Source: Takakia lepidozioides
Lineage: Eukaryota > Plantae > Bryophyta
Assembly (NCBI GenBank): GCA_030704615.1
Contig: CM060732.1
Coordinates: forward strand, 60,450,001 to 60,514,000
Length of the DNA stretch: 64,000 bases
Reading direction: 5' to 3'
The notes below the pieces were generated by a model. It made no database searches. It had not been told where the DNA came from and saw only the letters and a list, made by a program, of their open reading frames with translations. This document shows, one piece after another, positions 35,931 to 48,375 of the stretch. Each line of letters begins with the position of its first letter. The stretch's first letter is position 1. A program made the translations under genes and the position numbers.

Positions 35931-36569
35931 CTAGTCTTTCTTAAAATTGGGAGTAAATACCTTCTTTAGGAGGATTCGATTAAGATGATTTTCTTTTTTT
36001 TAGAGATTTTTGTTTTTAATATTTTTAAGTGCTGAATAGATAGTAATGATGGTGCGTCATAACGATCGTATAAAAAATTTATGAACTTAAATCAACCCTC
36101 TTTCCGTGATTTTCCTTCGGAGTGTGAGTTTAAAATTATTTGTCATCGTAAAGCAGAAATTAGAGATATGATACTACAGAGATTTGGAGAGGAACAATAT
36201 CAAGAAGTGTTACAAAACCCACGACCTGTCGTTTTTCCTATAATTAGAAATTGGAAGGTATACATATGTGTATATACATAATTCATGGATCGAGATAGAC
36301 ATTTTTCGCCTAATTTTCCACCGCCAAATGTATTTAGTATCAATGTGCGCGTCATCGACAAACATCATCTTGTAAGATTTTTAGTTGCAGAATTTGGAAT
36401 AGAATTCATGAACATTGTCATGAGTTCAAACGTCCCTTTTGTATTACCAATAGTCACGTACTGGATGGTTTGGGATTGCACTATTTATATACTGTATTAG
36501 GATAAGAGAATAGAAATAGTATACATTAATTTTAGAAGACAAACACCACGAAGGAAGGAGTAGTGGAGC

Positions 36570-39409
36570 AAAATGACGGACAATGAAGAAATGGTGGACA
36601 AAGCACACATTACTCATCAAGCCAATGATCAGATGGTGTGGATAATGGAGCGCTTATACGAATTGCATAATGCTCTTGTCACGACCCAACAACAAAACAA
36701 CGTATTGATGGAGAAGCTTAAACAAGTGAGACAATGAACCGCCCCGGGACTGGTTGAAATGGGTTAGATACGTTACTGCAAAAGATGACTAAGACGTGCA
36801 AGATCGAGCCGTATAAAAGAAGTCGCGTCATGGGAGTGCTAGAAGGATGGATTTATCGAATGGAGGTACATCTGTCATATTTCCCTACATCAAGCGATTC
36901 GGACCACGGAATGTTCATACGATTTTTTTTTACTCGACAATGCTTCAACATGGTTACAGACATGGGAGATAAGACAGATTGCAAAAAGAGAACCTTTACT
37001 ATGGAGCACCTTGAAAGCGGAACTGCTCCAACAATTCAAGGCAGTAGATGCTGTTACAACTGCTCAAATGAAATTATGAAATTTGGAACAACGCGGGAGT
37101 GTGCAAAATTACATAGAAGATTTTTTGAATCTTCAGGTCCAAATCGAAGACATGAGTCCTGCAGAAGCTTTAGACAACTTCAAAAGAGGATTGAAGAAGA
37201 AAATTCAATGAGAGGTAATTTTACGCAACCCGGTTGATGTCTATGAAGCAATTTCATTGGCCCAAAAGATTGAAGGGACGATACCAAGATACGACAAAGG
37301 TATACACGTTCCATTGGACCAATACAGACCAACGCCTATAGAGCTTGGAAATCTTCAAAGACGGGATAACCTCCAATACTCTAAAATAAATAGGCCGAGA
37401 ATCAGATATGGGGAAGATAACACATAGCGGCGAATAAAATTGAATGACAAGGATGTGACCTCCTCAACATTCTCACGAACAGAAGGACAAAGGGAAACTA
37501 GACAATGTTACAACTGTGGAAAATACGGACATCTTGCAGCCAACTGCCGAAGTGGAAAGTACAATCAACAAACTTATCGAAGACCTCTTAACAGTTTAAG
37601 GAAAGGAGAAGATAGCGAACATCACAATGAGCAGGAAAACGAGGACAACCAGTAAGTAGACCTCGCGGTCTTACTGGTTCTACAAAGAAGAGGAAAGGCG
37701 AAGAGACAAATCAATCATGCGGGCAAGAAAGAGACGCAGTTAATTGTGGCAGATGGAACCTTTGAAAGTATTCATGTGAGAGTGTTGATAGACCCTGGGG
37801 CAACAGAAAACTTATTATCTAGAAAGGTTGCCTTGAAACTAGGACTCCCCTTAGAAAATGATGAAAGAGATGAAGTAGAAATGTCAAATGGACATATAGA
37901 GGCCATTGAGACACTACCTAAAAACATAGAGTTGTCGATTGGTAAATATAGAGAAACCTTAGAATGACAAGTGGTCAGACTGGCTCGATATGGCGTAATA
38001 TTAGGCATGTCTTGGATGGAATCTCACAACCCTGATGTTGATTGGCGTCGAAAGATAGTCAAAACCCATAATTGGAAAATATGGGGAGATCGAGTGATGA
38101 CACCATATCGAAACCTACCATCATTTGTTATAGGTACAACAACTATATGTAAGAAAGACTTATTATTTGTAGGTTTAATAACAGACGTGGAAAATCCGTA
38201 AAAAGACATGAGTGAGGTCCTTATAGAATTATAGAGTGTATTGAAAGAGTTCAAAGATGTTTTTCCATATGACCTACCAGCACGGCTTCCGCCAAAGAGA
38301 AGAGTAGATTATAAGATTGAGGTTGTTCCAAGTAATACTCCTTCTTGTAAAGTCCCTTATCGATTAGCACCAAACGAGTTGGAAGAATGTAAGGCTCAAG
38401 TCGAGGACCTACTATCAAAAAGCTTTATAAGAACAAGTGTATCCCCGTATGGAGCGCCGATGTTGTTTGTGAAGAAAAAAAATGGAACAATGCGCATGTG
38501 CATTGATTATCGGGCACTCAACCAGTAGACAGTGAAGAACAAGTACCCGTTACCACGCATGGACAATCTATTTGACCAACTGCGAGGAGCAAAATACTTT
38601 ACGAAGCTTGATTTGAGGAGTGGATACAACCAAATTCGAGTCGCTGATGAAGATATATATAAGACCGCTTTCCACACTAGGTATGGACATTTTGAATACA
38701 TGGTTATGTCATTTGGTCTCACCAATGCCCCAGCCACATTCATGAGCCCCATGAATGATATCTTTCGTCCATTCTTAGATAGATTTGTGATAGTTTTTTT
38801 AGATGATATTTTGATCTATAGTAACAGCCTTGTCGAGAATAGAAACCACCTCAAACAAGTATTACAAGTTCTCCGTGAGAATCAGCTATATGCCAAAACA
38901 TCTAAATGTGAGTTTGGAAAACAAGAAGTAGACTATCTTGGGCATCGCGTTAGTAGGAAGGGAATTGAGGTAATGAGTGAGAAAATAGAAGCTATTCAGC
39001 AGTGGATAGCCCCTGAAGACATTACCTCAAGAATTTTCTTGGCCTTACCAGATTCTACAGACGATTTGTATGGGTATTCTCAAAGATTGCCCAACCATTA
39101 ACAAATCTTTTGGGAAAAGGAATTAGATGGAAGTGGGGTACAGAAGATGAGTTAGCATTGCAGGCCTTAATGGATGCGTTGCTTCATGCCCCGATCTTGA
39201 AATGGTATGATCCGACAAGACTAATCAAGCTCTCGGTAGATGCATCAAGCTCAGCAGTGGGTGGGGTGTTACAACAAGAATGGGAAGATGGATGGCACCC
39301 AATGACATATTTTTCGCCCAAATTGTTACCTGCAGAACAAAATTATCATATAACCGAACGAGAAGAATTGACTATTGTTTTGGCTACAAAACATTGGAAG
39401 CACTATCTT
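36570..39409 (+). pseudogene. Chromovirus gag-protease-RT-RNase H (5' part), with stops and frameshifts
   Basis: CCHC near 37506; LIDPGATEN; [22 protein letters not shown]; [12 protein letters not shown]; [12 protein letters not shown]; [10 protein letters not shown]; VDASS..VGGVL. Confidence 0.92.
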
Positions 39410-40088
39410 GCAACGACGCAATGGCGTGAGCCTTGCGCGTGAACGCGCGAGCATACGCTCACGCAGGAATGACGTGGCGTGAGCGTGCACCCACGTTGAC
39501 GTGGCGTGAGCATGATGTCAGCAGGCTGATATGGCGACAAATGCTGATGTGGCACTGCGCCGTCATCTACCACGTCAGCATGAACATGCGCCGCCTATAA
39601 CCGAGGATGGTCCTATGACCGTTGGATTAATACAGGAAATCCTTGGCTGAATACAATGAAGACTACCATGGGGCCTACAATTGTAGCATCCAACATTGTG
39701 CAATTACAAATGTTTGTTTCACTTTTACAATTACAAAGACGAGAAAATATCCTCACAAAGTATGTGCCATAGAGGCTGCCACGAGAAGACCTTGCTTCCT
39801 CCCCAAATAACAATGAGAGTTAGGATCATCTTCAAAAGATGATTGCAGTGCATAGCGACAGGAAAACATGTAGACTTCGAAAGGTGCAATGATGCATGTG
39901 CTTTTAAAAGTTGTCACTCAGAGCTCACTCAGTATAGTTGGAAGCATAATGGAGGGATAATGGACGTCATATCATTGCACCGCCGACGATGTTGCAAACG
40001 AATTGATTTGAATTGAATTTCCATGACAATGTTGCAAATTGCACATTTCATAGCATGATCGTCCACATACCACATTACATAGCAGATG

Positions 40089-40871
40089 CTACCTATGTGT
40101 TGTATCCCGCTGCAATAAAGTATTGACCTCGTTGAAACTCATAGTGGCCTGGTGAACGAAGTTGTCACGTTTGGGATCGCAAACCATCATCTTTAAAAAT
40201 ATGAAATACAAATGTTTGCAGGGTATGAATTTACCTCTCTTGCCCAAATTGGTTGATAACATATTCACAAAATCAGGACATGTGCAATTGGGGAAATTGG
40301 AAACCGTGATGTCGTAGGCCCTGTCATGAACAGCAGATGTCGAAGTGATCATTGTGTACACCCGACCATATCCTGGATCGGGCACTTCCGTGGTGCTTGC
40401 AACACGAGCTTGGAGCATTCTTGCGGACTCCACTTTGCCGAAGTGTTCAGCGGTTGGAGGGAAACGCCGAACTAGTTTTCCATCTCGTTTGGTTGGCCAC
40501 AAGTGAGGATTTGCCGGAGGGACCCAAGAGGATGTAGAAGTAGAAGCACATGCATGCAGTTGGGGTTGTCTCGCAAGGGAAAAGTCTGCCTCCTCCAGCA
40601 TTGCAATCTCATGACTCGTGAGATGTGTTCCCACCTTGACGGGCCAAATGGTTGGAGAAGCTGGCTTCATCACCACGAAAGGACGCACAGTTCCATACAC
40701 ACATCTACTACAATCGTCTGCGCAGAACCAGAACTTGTGGTTTTTTGCTTCTGATTGGCCGTATGGACACATCACACCCGTGAAAGTCGGAGTAGGAGTC
40801 TGGGCACCACCTCTGGATATAGATGAAGTGTACTTTTCGAAATTAGTTGCCCTGATCGCTGTACATTTCAC
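40089..40871 (-). CDS. SWIM zinc-finger protein (C-terminal part; upstream region degenerate)
   Basis: YDITVSNFPNCTCPDF...GKFIPCKHLYFIF = CxC...CxH SWIM signature; 260-aa ORF. Confidence 0.7.
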   Translation of the reverse strand: MKCTAIRATNFEKYTSSISRGGAQTPTPTFTGVMCPYGQSEAKNHKFWFCADDCSRCVYGTVRPFVVMKPASPTIWPVKVGTHLTSHEIAMLEEADFSLARQPQLHACASTSTSSWVPPANPHLWPTKRDGKLVRRFPPTAEHFGKVESARMLQARVASTTEVPDPGYGRVYTMITSTSAVHDRAYDITVSNFPNCTCPDFVNMLSTNLGKRGKFIPCKHLYFIFLKMMVCDPKRDNFVHQATMSFNEVNTLLQRDTTHR

Positions 40872-41229
40872 ACGAGACCCTGCATTTGTGCGTTCTATGT
40901 GTCAAACGTGGTCAGGGCATGTGGACTCCAGCACATCAAGGGGATAGTTTCTCTCCTGCATCATTTCATTGGCACTGTTTGATGCTGGAGCCTGTCGTCG
41001 TGTTGGAGGTTCTTACAGAATGGAGGTTCCGACACCTATCTGTCATGCAGGGGAACATGAGGCTTCGAGAAGTTATTGCGGTCTGCCCTGTGCGAATCAG
41101 AATCCGAGCCAGGTGGGGTGTTCAATTTCCTCTTACATGAGCCGAATCTCTCCTCCCCTTCAAGATGTGGAATTCTAGAAACAAGTAGCGTTCCCTGGGC
41201 ATACAACAAAAACAAAAACAAAACAAAAA

Positions 41230-42430
41230 AAACAGAAGTGATGATCGGCGACACTGACAGAAGTGATGGTCGGCACCGACCATCGCATCCACCCCAATGC
41301 CAAATGTCAAAAGTCACCTTAAATTTATTTATAAATAAATAAATAAAATCGGAAAGTGATGATCGGCGGCACCGACAGAAGTGATGGTCGGCACCGACCA
41401 TCACATCCCCCAAATGCCGAATGTCAAAAAACAAAAAAAAAAAAAAAAAAAACAGAAAGTGATGATCGGCGATATTGACAGAAGTGATGGTCAGTACCGA
41501 CCATCGCATCCGCCCTAATGCCGAATGTCAAAAGCCCAAAAAAAAAATCGGCGGCACTGACAGAAGTGATGGTCGGCACCGACCATCACATCCACCCAAA
41601 TGCCAAATGTCAAAAGCCAAAAAAAACAAAAAACAAAAAAAAAACATAAAGTGATGGTCGGCGATATTGACAGAAGTGATGGTCGGCACCGACCATCGCA
41701 TCCGCCCTAATGCCGAATGTCAAAAGCCAAAAAAAAAGATCGGCGGCACTGACAGAAGTGATGGTCGGCACCGACCATCACATCACCCAAATGCCGAATG
41801 TAAAAAAAAACAAAAAAAAAACACAGAGAGTGGTGATCGGTAACTGAAGTGATGGTCGGCACCGATCATCACATCCACCCAAATGCCGAATGTAAAAAAA
41901 AAAACAAAAAAAACGGAAAGTGATGATCGGCGTCACCGACCATCGCATCCACCCAAATGCCGAATGTCCAAATATATATATATGTATATGATCGGCGGCA
42001 CTGGCAGAAGTGATGGTCGGCACCGACCATCGCATCCGCCCAAATGCCGAATGTCAAAAAGCCAATTTAAATTTAAATTTAAAAAAAAAATTATGATCAG
42101 CGGCACTGACAGAAGTGATGGTCGGTGCTGACCATCACATCCACCCAAATGCCAAATGTCCCAAAAAAAAAAAACGGAGAGTGATGATCGGCGCACCGAC
42201 AGATGTGATGGTTGGCACCAAATGCCGAATGAAAGAAAAGTTTTTTTTTAAAAAAATAAAAAAAATAAAAATCGGCTGCACCGACAGAAGTGATGGCCGG
42301 CACCGATCATTACATCCACCCAAATGCCAAATATCAAAAGCAAAAAATCAAATAAAAACAAATAAATAAAATTAGAAGTAATGATCGGCACCAATCATCA
42401 CATCCACCCAAATGCCGAATGTCAAATGCA
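41230..42430. repeat. Array of ~13 palindrome-containing units with variable A-rich spacers
   Basis: Unit GAAGTGATGGTCGGCACCGACCATC(A/G)CATCCACCCAAATGCCGAATGTC; core hairpin GATGGTCGG-CA-CCGACCATC. Confidence 0.9.
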
Positions 42431-42679
42431 AAAAAAAAAAAAAAAAAAAAAAACAGTCTACGGCTACCAATTCTGCGGCTATAGGCCCCTTTCTCCCTGT
42501 TCTGTCCGCGGTCATAGGTACGCCCGTGGAAATGACATGGTGAGGCGTAACGTGGCGTCAACCACGCTGGCGAACACTGCTGACGTGGCGTCGGACCCTT
42601 GAGCCAATGTGGCGAGAACCGGTGACGTGGCGTGAGCTTGGCCGCGCTTACGCGGCCAGACTCACACGGAGGCATCCCC

Positions 42680-43973
42680 CACTATCTTGGAGACAAAGAG
42701 TTCATAGTGGAGACAGACCATAAACCGTTGGTGTACTTGGAGACACAGAAAGATCTATCGAAGAGACAGATTCGTTGGGCGGAGTGGCGACAACAATTTA
42801 ACATGAAGATTGTCTATGTTGAGGGAAAACGACAATTGGCGGATGCTATGACAAGGATGCCGTGCATGAACACATTGACAATAATCAACATTCAACCCGA
42901 TTGGTGGAACAAGATAGCGACGGCTTCTAAAGATGATGGGGAGATCGTGGACGCTAAGAAGAAGGGCAAAGTGACAAAAGTTCGAGGGTTGGTATTCAAG
43001 AAAGGTAAATTTTGGATCCCTGATGAACCTACATTGAAGACAGAAGTCTTGTTTGAAGCTCATGATACGGTGATAGTATGATATGTTGGAGTTGAAAAAA
43101 CATTCAAACAACTAAAACGAACATTTTATTGGCCGCGGATGCAAGACGAGATGGAGGCGTACGTTCGAAGTTGCATGAAATGTCAACAAAACAAGTCAAC
43201 AAACTGCAAGCCAGCAGGTTTTTTACAACCACTAGCAGTACCAAACAGACGTTGGGAACATATGAGCATGGATTTAGTTTGTGAGTTACCTCAAACCTCA
43301 TCAGGATACGACACTATAGTGGTATTTGTAGATAAATTGAATAAGATGATACACATCCGTCCCACTAGAAAATCCGTCACTGCACCTGAACTAGCTCGAC
43401 TATATCTGGAAGCGGTCTATTCCCATAATGGGCTATCTAAAGTTATCATTACTGACAGGGGTACCCAATTTACTAGCTTGTTTTGGAAAAGTTTATTTGG
43501 TCTTTTTAAAACCAAATTAGTTATGTCAACAGCCTATCATCCGGAGTCAGATGGACAGACAGAGCGAGTGAATCGTACAATTGAAGACATGTTGCGGGCT
43601 TTTACGTTAGAAGAACAAGAAGAATGAAATTGGTTATTACCATTAGTAGAATTTTCATACAATAACTTGGTCAACGTGTCAACGAAAGAAACTCTTTTCT
43701 TTTTTATGTATGGTGAACACCCAAATATGCCAACAACTCTTACAAAGTTCAAGTTACCAAATGAGGAGTTATCCAAGGTAGCCGCGACTAACGCATTTGT
43801 GTAACAAATTCGACGGTGAGTATGTAAAGCTAAAGAGAAGCTGATGGTTGCCCAAAATCGCCAAAAGCAGTATGCAAATGCACGTCGACGAGATGACGAG
43901 TTTGCAGTTGGGGATCAAGTGTGGTTATTTACAACCAATTTACACATCAATGGATCGCGAAAACTAGGGGCAC
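42680..43973 (+). pseudogene. Chromovirus RNase H end plus integrase (middle part)
   Basis: ETDHKPL..RW; CMKCQQNK; WEHMSMDLV; ITDRGTQF; STAYHPESDGQTERVN. Confidence 0.9.
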
Positions 43974-44302
43974 TGTCGTGCGCATACGTATCGCTATCCA
44001 AACTACACCACACATATATGGACAATAAAGTAGTCTGCCACAATCGCCCCCCTAGCTGGTGGATAGGTCCCTCTAACTCCAGATAGCTACAAGATGTAAT
44101 AGCCACAGCCGTACTAAGTCCTCTATCACTGTCTCTATTGTACTCAAACTCTATAGACCAAGAGGCCGGGTACAAGAGTAGCCCCATCGTTAGTCGCCGT
44201 CTTGCAATCTGTGAATTTGAGCCAGGATCTCGTGTGTTCAAGGTCTCCTGGTAGCTTGGCCTTGCATTTCTTGTTAGCCTCCCATGGTTGTATCCACCCC
44301 CA

Positions 44303-44450
44303 CTATCCAATGCAATGCGGACATAACCAATCCCCATCAGGAACCATCTCAAGAGGTGGAGTCAAGCATCCCATATGCCAACCTCTAGAGCATCGATCAC
44401 ACACCAGCATGGTGGCTGCCCCTCTAGCAGACCCACACAACATACACCTC
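44303..44450 (-). CDS. PHD finger at the integrase C-terminus
   Basis: CMLCGSARGAATMLVCDRCSRGWHMGCLTPPLEMVPDGDWLCPHC = C4HC3. Confidence 0.92.
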
Positions 44451-47300
44451 AAACTTGCAGGTACCACTGCCAGGTTTGGGTCAATCCTGCCATCGACATT
44501 TGGAAGGTGACATGGCGCGCAATTACGCACATGGTCCTTCCAAGTTATGCCATCCCGACCCTCCAAGATCAAGACGCCTGAGGGCAATACCTCTCGAACC
44601 CTCAAAATAACACGTCATGCAGTCACATCCAAGGTCGTAGGAGCAGTCTGCTGCATATAAACATAGTCACCAGGGTTAAATCTCCGGATCCCACGACGAT
44701 AGCCCTCACCACGTATGGTAGCATACCTCAACGTATCACGATGTTGTGCAATGACAAGATTCTCGAAAGCCATATGCATGACTTTCTTGAACAACTTTGC
44801 ACGCTGATCACATGCACGTGCCCACACGTCCGGATCATCAAGGTTAAGAACTGTAGCAGCTTGGATGTAGGTAAATCCGGCTCTCGGCCAAAGAGAAGAA
44901 AGTATGGTGAGAATGAGGCAAGTGATGTTTGCTTGCTGAACCTGTAGCCCATGGCTAACCAGGGTAAGTGAAGGTCCCAATCTCCTAGGTGTCCCTTCTG
45001 CAAGCCATACTTGCGCAAACCCCTCTTTATTGTATGAACAACCCTCTCTGCCAAGCCATCGGCCTCAGGATGATCCCGAGAAATGGTGCGGTGGTCTACC
45101 AAGGCCTTGTCACACAAAGCCTGAAACTCTCCCAAGAACTCTCTTCCTTGGTCCGTGAGTACCTCAGCTGGAGCACCAAATCGGCTAAGTACACAATCCA
45201 AGAATGCATACGCAGCTCCCTCACTAGCCTTATCAGGCAATGGAACCAACTCGATCCACTTGGAGAAGTGCTCCACCATCATCAACACGTACTTGTCGTG
45301 GCGCATGGTCAGTGGCAACGGCCCTACGAAGTCAAGACTCCACCTGTAGCCCAATCCCATGATCGGAAGAGGGTGCAATTGTGGAGTAGGGGTGTTGAAT
45401 GAAGCACGCACCCTGTCACATACCATGCACCTAGCCACAAATTGTTGCACCTCTGTATGCATACCACGCCACCAATATTACCCCTGCACTAGACTATGAG
45501 TGCGTCGCACCCCAAAATGCCCCAACTCCTCATGGGCATGCCGCACTAACCGTGCCCGCTGTGTTGGGTGAGGCACAATCCTCACTTGACCATCCTCCCA
45601 CACTCGGAGCAGGTGTGTCCCCTCCCACTTGAACCTCTTGGCTCGTTGTAGGATCCAATCCCTCTCCTTGGCAGTCACAGTGGCTGCCGTGTCTCCAGTG
45701 CGGAGGTAGTCCAACACAGCTGAATCCTCATGTATATCTTTGGCGCCACCTTGCTCATTGCTGGCCTTAGGGTCCTCAGACACTTGATCTACAGTCATCC
45801 CTGTTACAGGTCCAACCTGGCCTTCCGCTGCCAAGATACACAGAAATGCAGATGCATGCCATCCGGGCACCATCTCCTCGTCCGTCTCACCATGCCACCG
45901 AGCTCCAGTGTCATCTTGCTGGCTCGTGCATGGATTGCGACTCAACCCATCTGCATTGCGATTGACCAAACCCGGTCGATGCACAACCTGAAAGTTATAC
46001 TCTTGAAGGATGAGTGCCCACCGTGCAAGCTTCCCCGTAAGCTTGTCTGACTCCATCAACCACTTGAGTGGTTGATGATCCGTGACAAGGGTGAAGAGAT
46101 TGTCGTATAGATAGCACCTGAAGTGTGCAACGGCCCACACTGCAGCTAAGCATTCTCCCTCATATGAGCTATACTTAGACTCTGCAGCGTTCTTCGAGCG
46201 GCTAGCATAAGCCACTACGAACTCTCTTCCCTCATCATCCATCTGTGTGAGCACCGCTCCAAACCCCAGCATGCTCCAATCTGTATGCAGCTGAAAATGA
46301 CGCCCCTTGATAGGTCATCTCAAGATGGGCGCCGAGGTCAACCTCGCCTTGAGCTTTTGGAAAGCTCGTTCTTGCTCATCTTCCCACTGCCACTCCTGGT
46401 CCACCTTGGTCAGCTTGGTTAGAGCCTTTGCAATGGACTAAATCCCTTGACAAACCGTCTATAATAGTTTGCTAACCCCATGAGAGCTTGAACTCGGCTC
46501 ACATCCATGGGGCGTGGAATCAGTGCAATGGCCTCTACCTTAGTCTGCTGTACCCCCAATCCTCCAAGATATATCATGTGACCCAGATACTCAATCTGGT
46601 TGTGGAAAAACTTGCACTTCCCCGGATGTAATTTCAATCCGTGCGCCCTCAAGCACTCAAATACCATCTGAAAGTGTCTCTCATGCTCCTCCACCGTAGC
46701 ACTAAAGAGAATGATGTCATCTATGTAGCACCGAGCAAACTCCACCCCTGCTAGAATCCTGTCCATGACTCTCTGAAACTCTGCAGGAGCGTTCTTAAGC
46801 CCAAATGGTAAGAACCGCCACTGGTATAGGCAATCCTTCCCGTGCTCATTGATCCCCCAGAATGCCGTCTTCTGCTTATCCGCCTCCTTGATCGGCAACT
46901 GGTGATATCCGGATCGTAAATCCAAAGTGCTAAAGACCTTGGCATGCCCAATGGCATCAAAGATCTCCTTTGGTGTTGGCATGGCATACCTATCGGACTT
47001 GGTCTGACGATTTACAGGCCGGTAATCACCGCACATACGTCTCTCCGTCCAATTGCCATACATCCTTCTTGGCTGGCATCACTGTGGCTGAAGCATACTA
47101 TCCCCCAGATAGCTCCACCAAACCAGCCTCCCAAAGGTCCTGAGTTCTCATCTGAATCAAGGACCTCTCCATGTCACTGTATCTATAGGGTCTCCGAAAG
47201 ATTGGCGTGTCAGTAGCCAATTCAATGCGAATTTCTTGACCCTTCAGTGCTCCTAAGTCCTTCAAACTGAAGGCAAAGCAGTTCCTGTAAGCCCTCAAGA
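44450..47300 (-). pseudogene. RT, RNase H and integrase of the nested element (degenerate)
   Basis: RRMCGDYRPVN, TLDLRSGYHQ, LPFGLKNAPAEFQ, CYIDD; HTDWS..GAVL, YEGECLA, TDHQPLKWL; HEELGHFG..CMVC, WSLDFVGP, TDQGREF, DGLAERVV. Confidence 0.92.
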
Positions 47301-47614
47301 ACCGCCGTCCCGTGGTTGCTATGCTGCAACCTCTTGAGCAGTGACCACTGCCTCCTCTGTCAGTGACAATGTCTCATCCTGCCCCATCATCCCATCCTTG
47401 AGGATCTCCTTAACCTGAGAAAAATCCCCAACCTCATCCATCACGGCCGCCTTGGCTGCCAACTCCTTTTGAACCTCGAGCACCTCCCACGTGTGCCATG
47501 GATGCGGCCTGCACCTCGTGGTCCTCACCTGTTCGCCCCCTCGGTAGGCAGGGAGACCATCAAGGGAAGTGTACTCCGTACTCGGCGCTGCTCAGCCATA
47601 GCCAAGCTAATAAT

Positions 47615-48375
47615 CTAGGTCAAGCAATTGAGATCCATTGCTTGCCCCAACACCTGACGACGTGATGCCTCAGAAAGAGATGGCTCCGCCGTGGTACCAG
47701 TGGTAAAACCCATCGCCCGCTCGTCAGCATTGGGCTCCACTAATTGCTGCAACTGGCTATCCCACAAGAGGCCAGGTCCACCATCCCGAAAAGCATGAGA
47801 TCCTGGAAAGCTGCGCAGTGTAGGCAATGCGGCTCGTGGGTGACCCACCTTATTGACCACTGCCAAAGGTGATCGGTCATCGTGTCTCACAGGCTGAGAC
47901 TGTCTCCCTATGTCCAAAATGCTATCCACCGTCAGGTGTGGTGGCCGCTGCACCCCATCAAATGCATACTTGAGCAGTGCAGGTGGCATCAAGTTGATCC
48001 ACCATAGTCGTGGGCGGAGAGCCCGTGACCCCACTGCAGCTGCGTCCAGCAACACTGCTAACCCAAGCCAAGACCGCATTTGATGCACACTGGCCATCAC
48101 CTTGGCCCGATAATCACCCATCAATGGCACATTCTCCAAGATATATGCCGGAGAGTCTGTCTGCTGAAGCTGTAAATAGCGTAGGACCCTCAACATCTCC
48201 CAAAACAGGCGTGACCTTGAATCTGTAACCCATTGTCATGCCCGACTGATGAATGTCCTTGGCAAAGCCAACCTGCCACTACCAAGTGAATAGGGTCAAC
48301 CCGCTCCAAATCATGCGCCCCCAGCAAAGAGATGTCTGCTGGCAATGCTTGTTGGTATCCACGAACTGCAGATAC
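47615..48375 (-). pseudogene. C5-cytosine DNA methyltransferase, motifs IV-X (DNMT3-like)
   Basis: DISLL..IHLVVAGWLCQGHS (motif IV, PC changed to LC), YILENVP (VI), DAAAVGSRALRPRLWWINL (VIII), EPNADERAMGF..RRQVLGQAMD (IX/X); frameshift near 48195. Confidence 0.88.

Larger units (their letters stand above)
39410..42679 (-). mobile_element. SWIM-domain DNA element with hairpin termini (MULE/Zisupton-like), inserted in the chromovirus RNase H
   Basis: CACTATCTT(G) duplicated at 39401 and 42680 (9-10 bp TSD); host frame KHWKHYL|GDKEFIVETDHKPL rejoins; GC-rich terminal hairpins. Confidence 0.8.

Noticed and set aside
41230-42430. CRISPR array
   Set aside because: Eukaryotic TE context, no cas genes, spacers are low-complexity poly-A of irregular length, and the repeats are degenerate
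47615-48375. Host DRM/CMT/MET1 gene
   Set aside because: Intronless, embedded between protease and RT, unpermuted motif order, and no UBA/BAH/chromo domains
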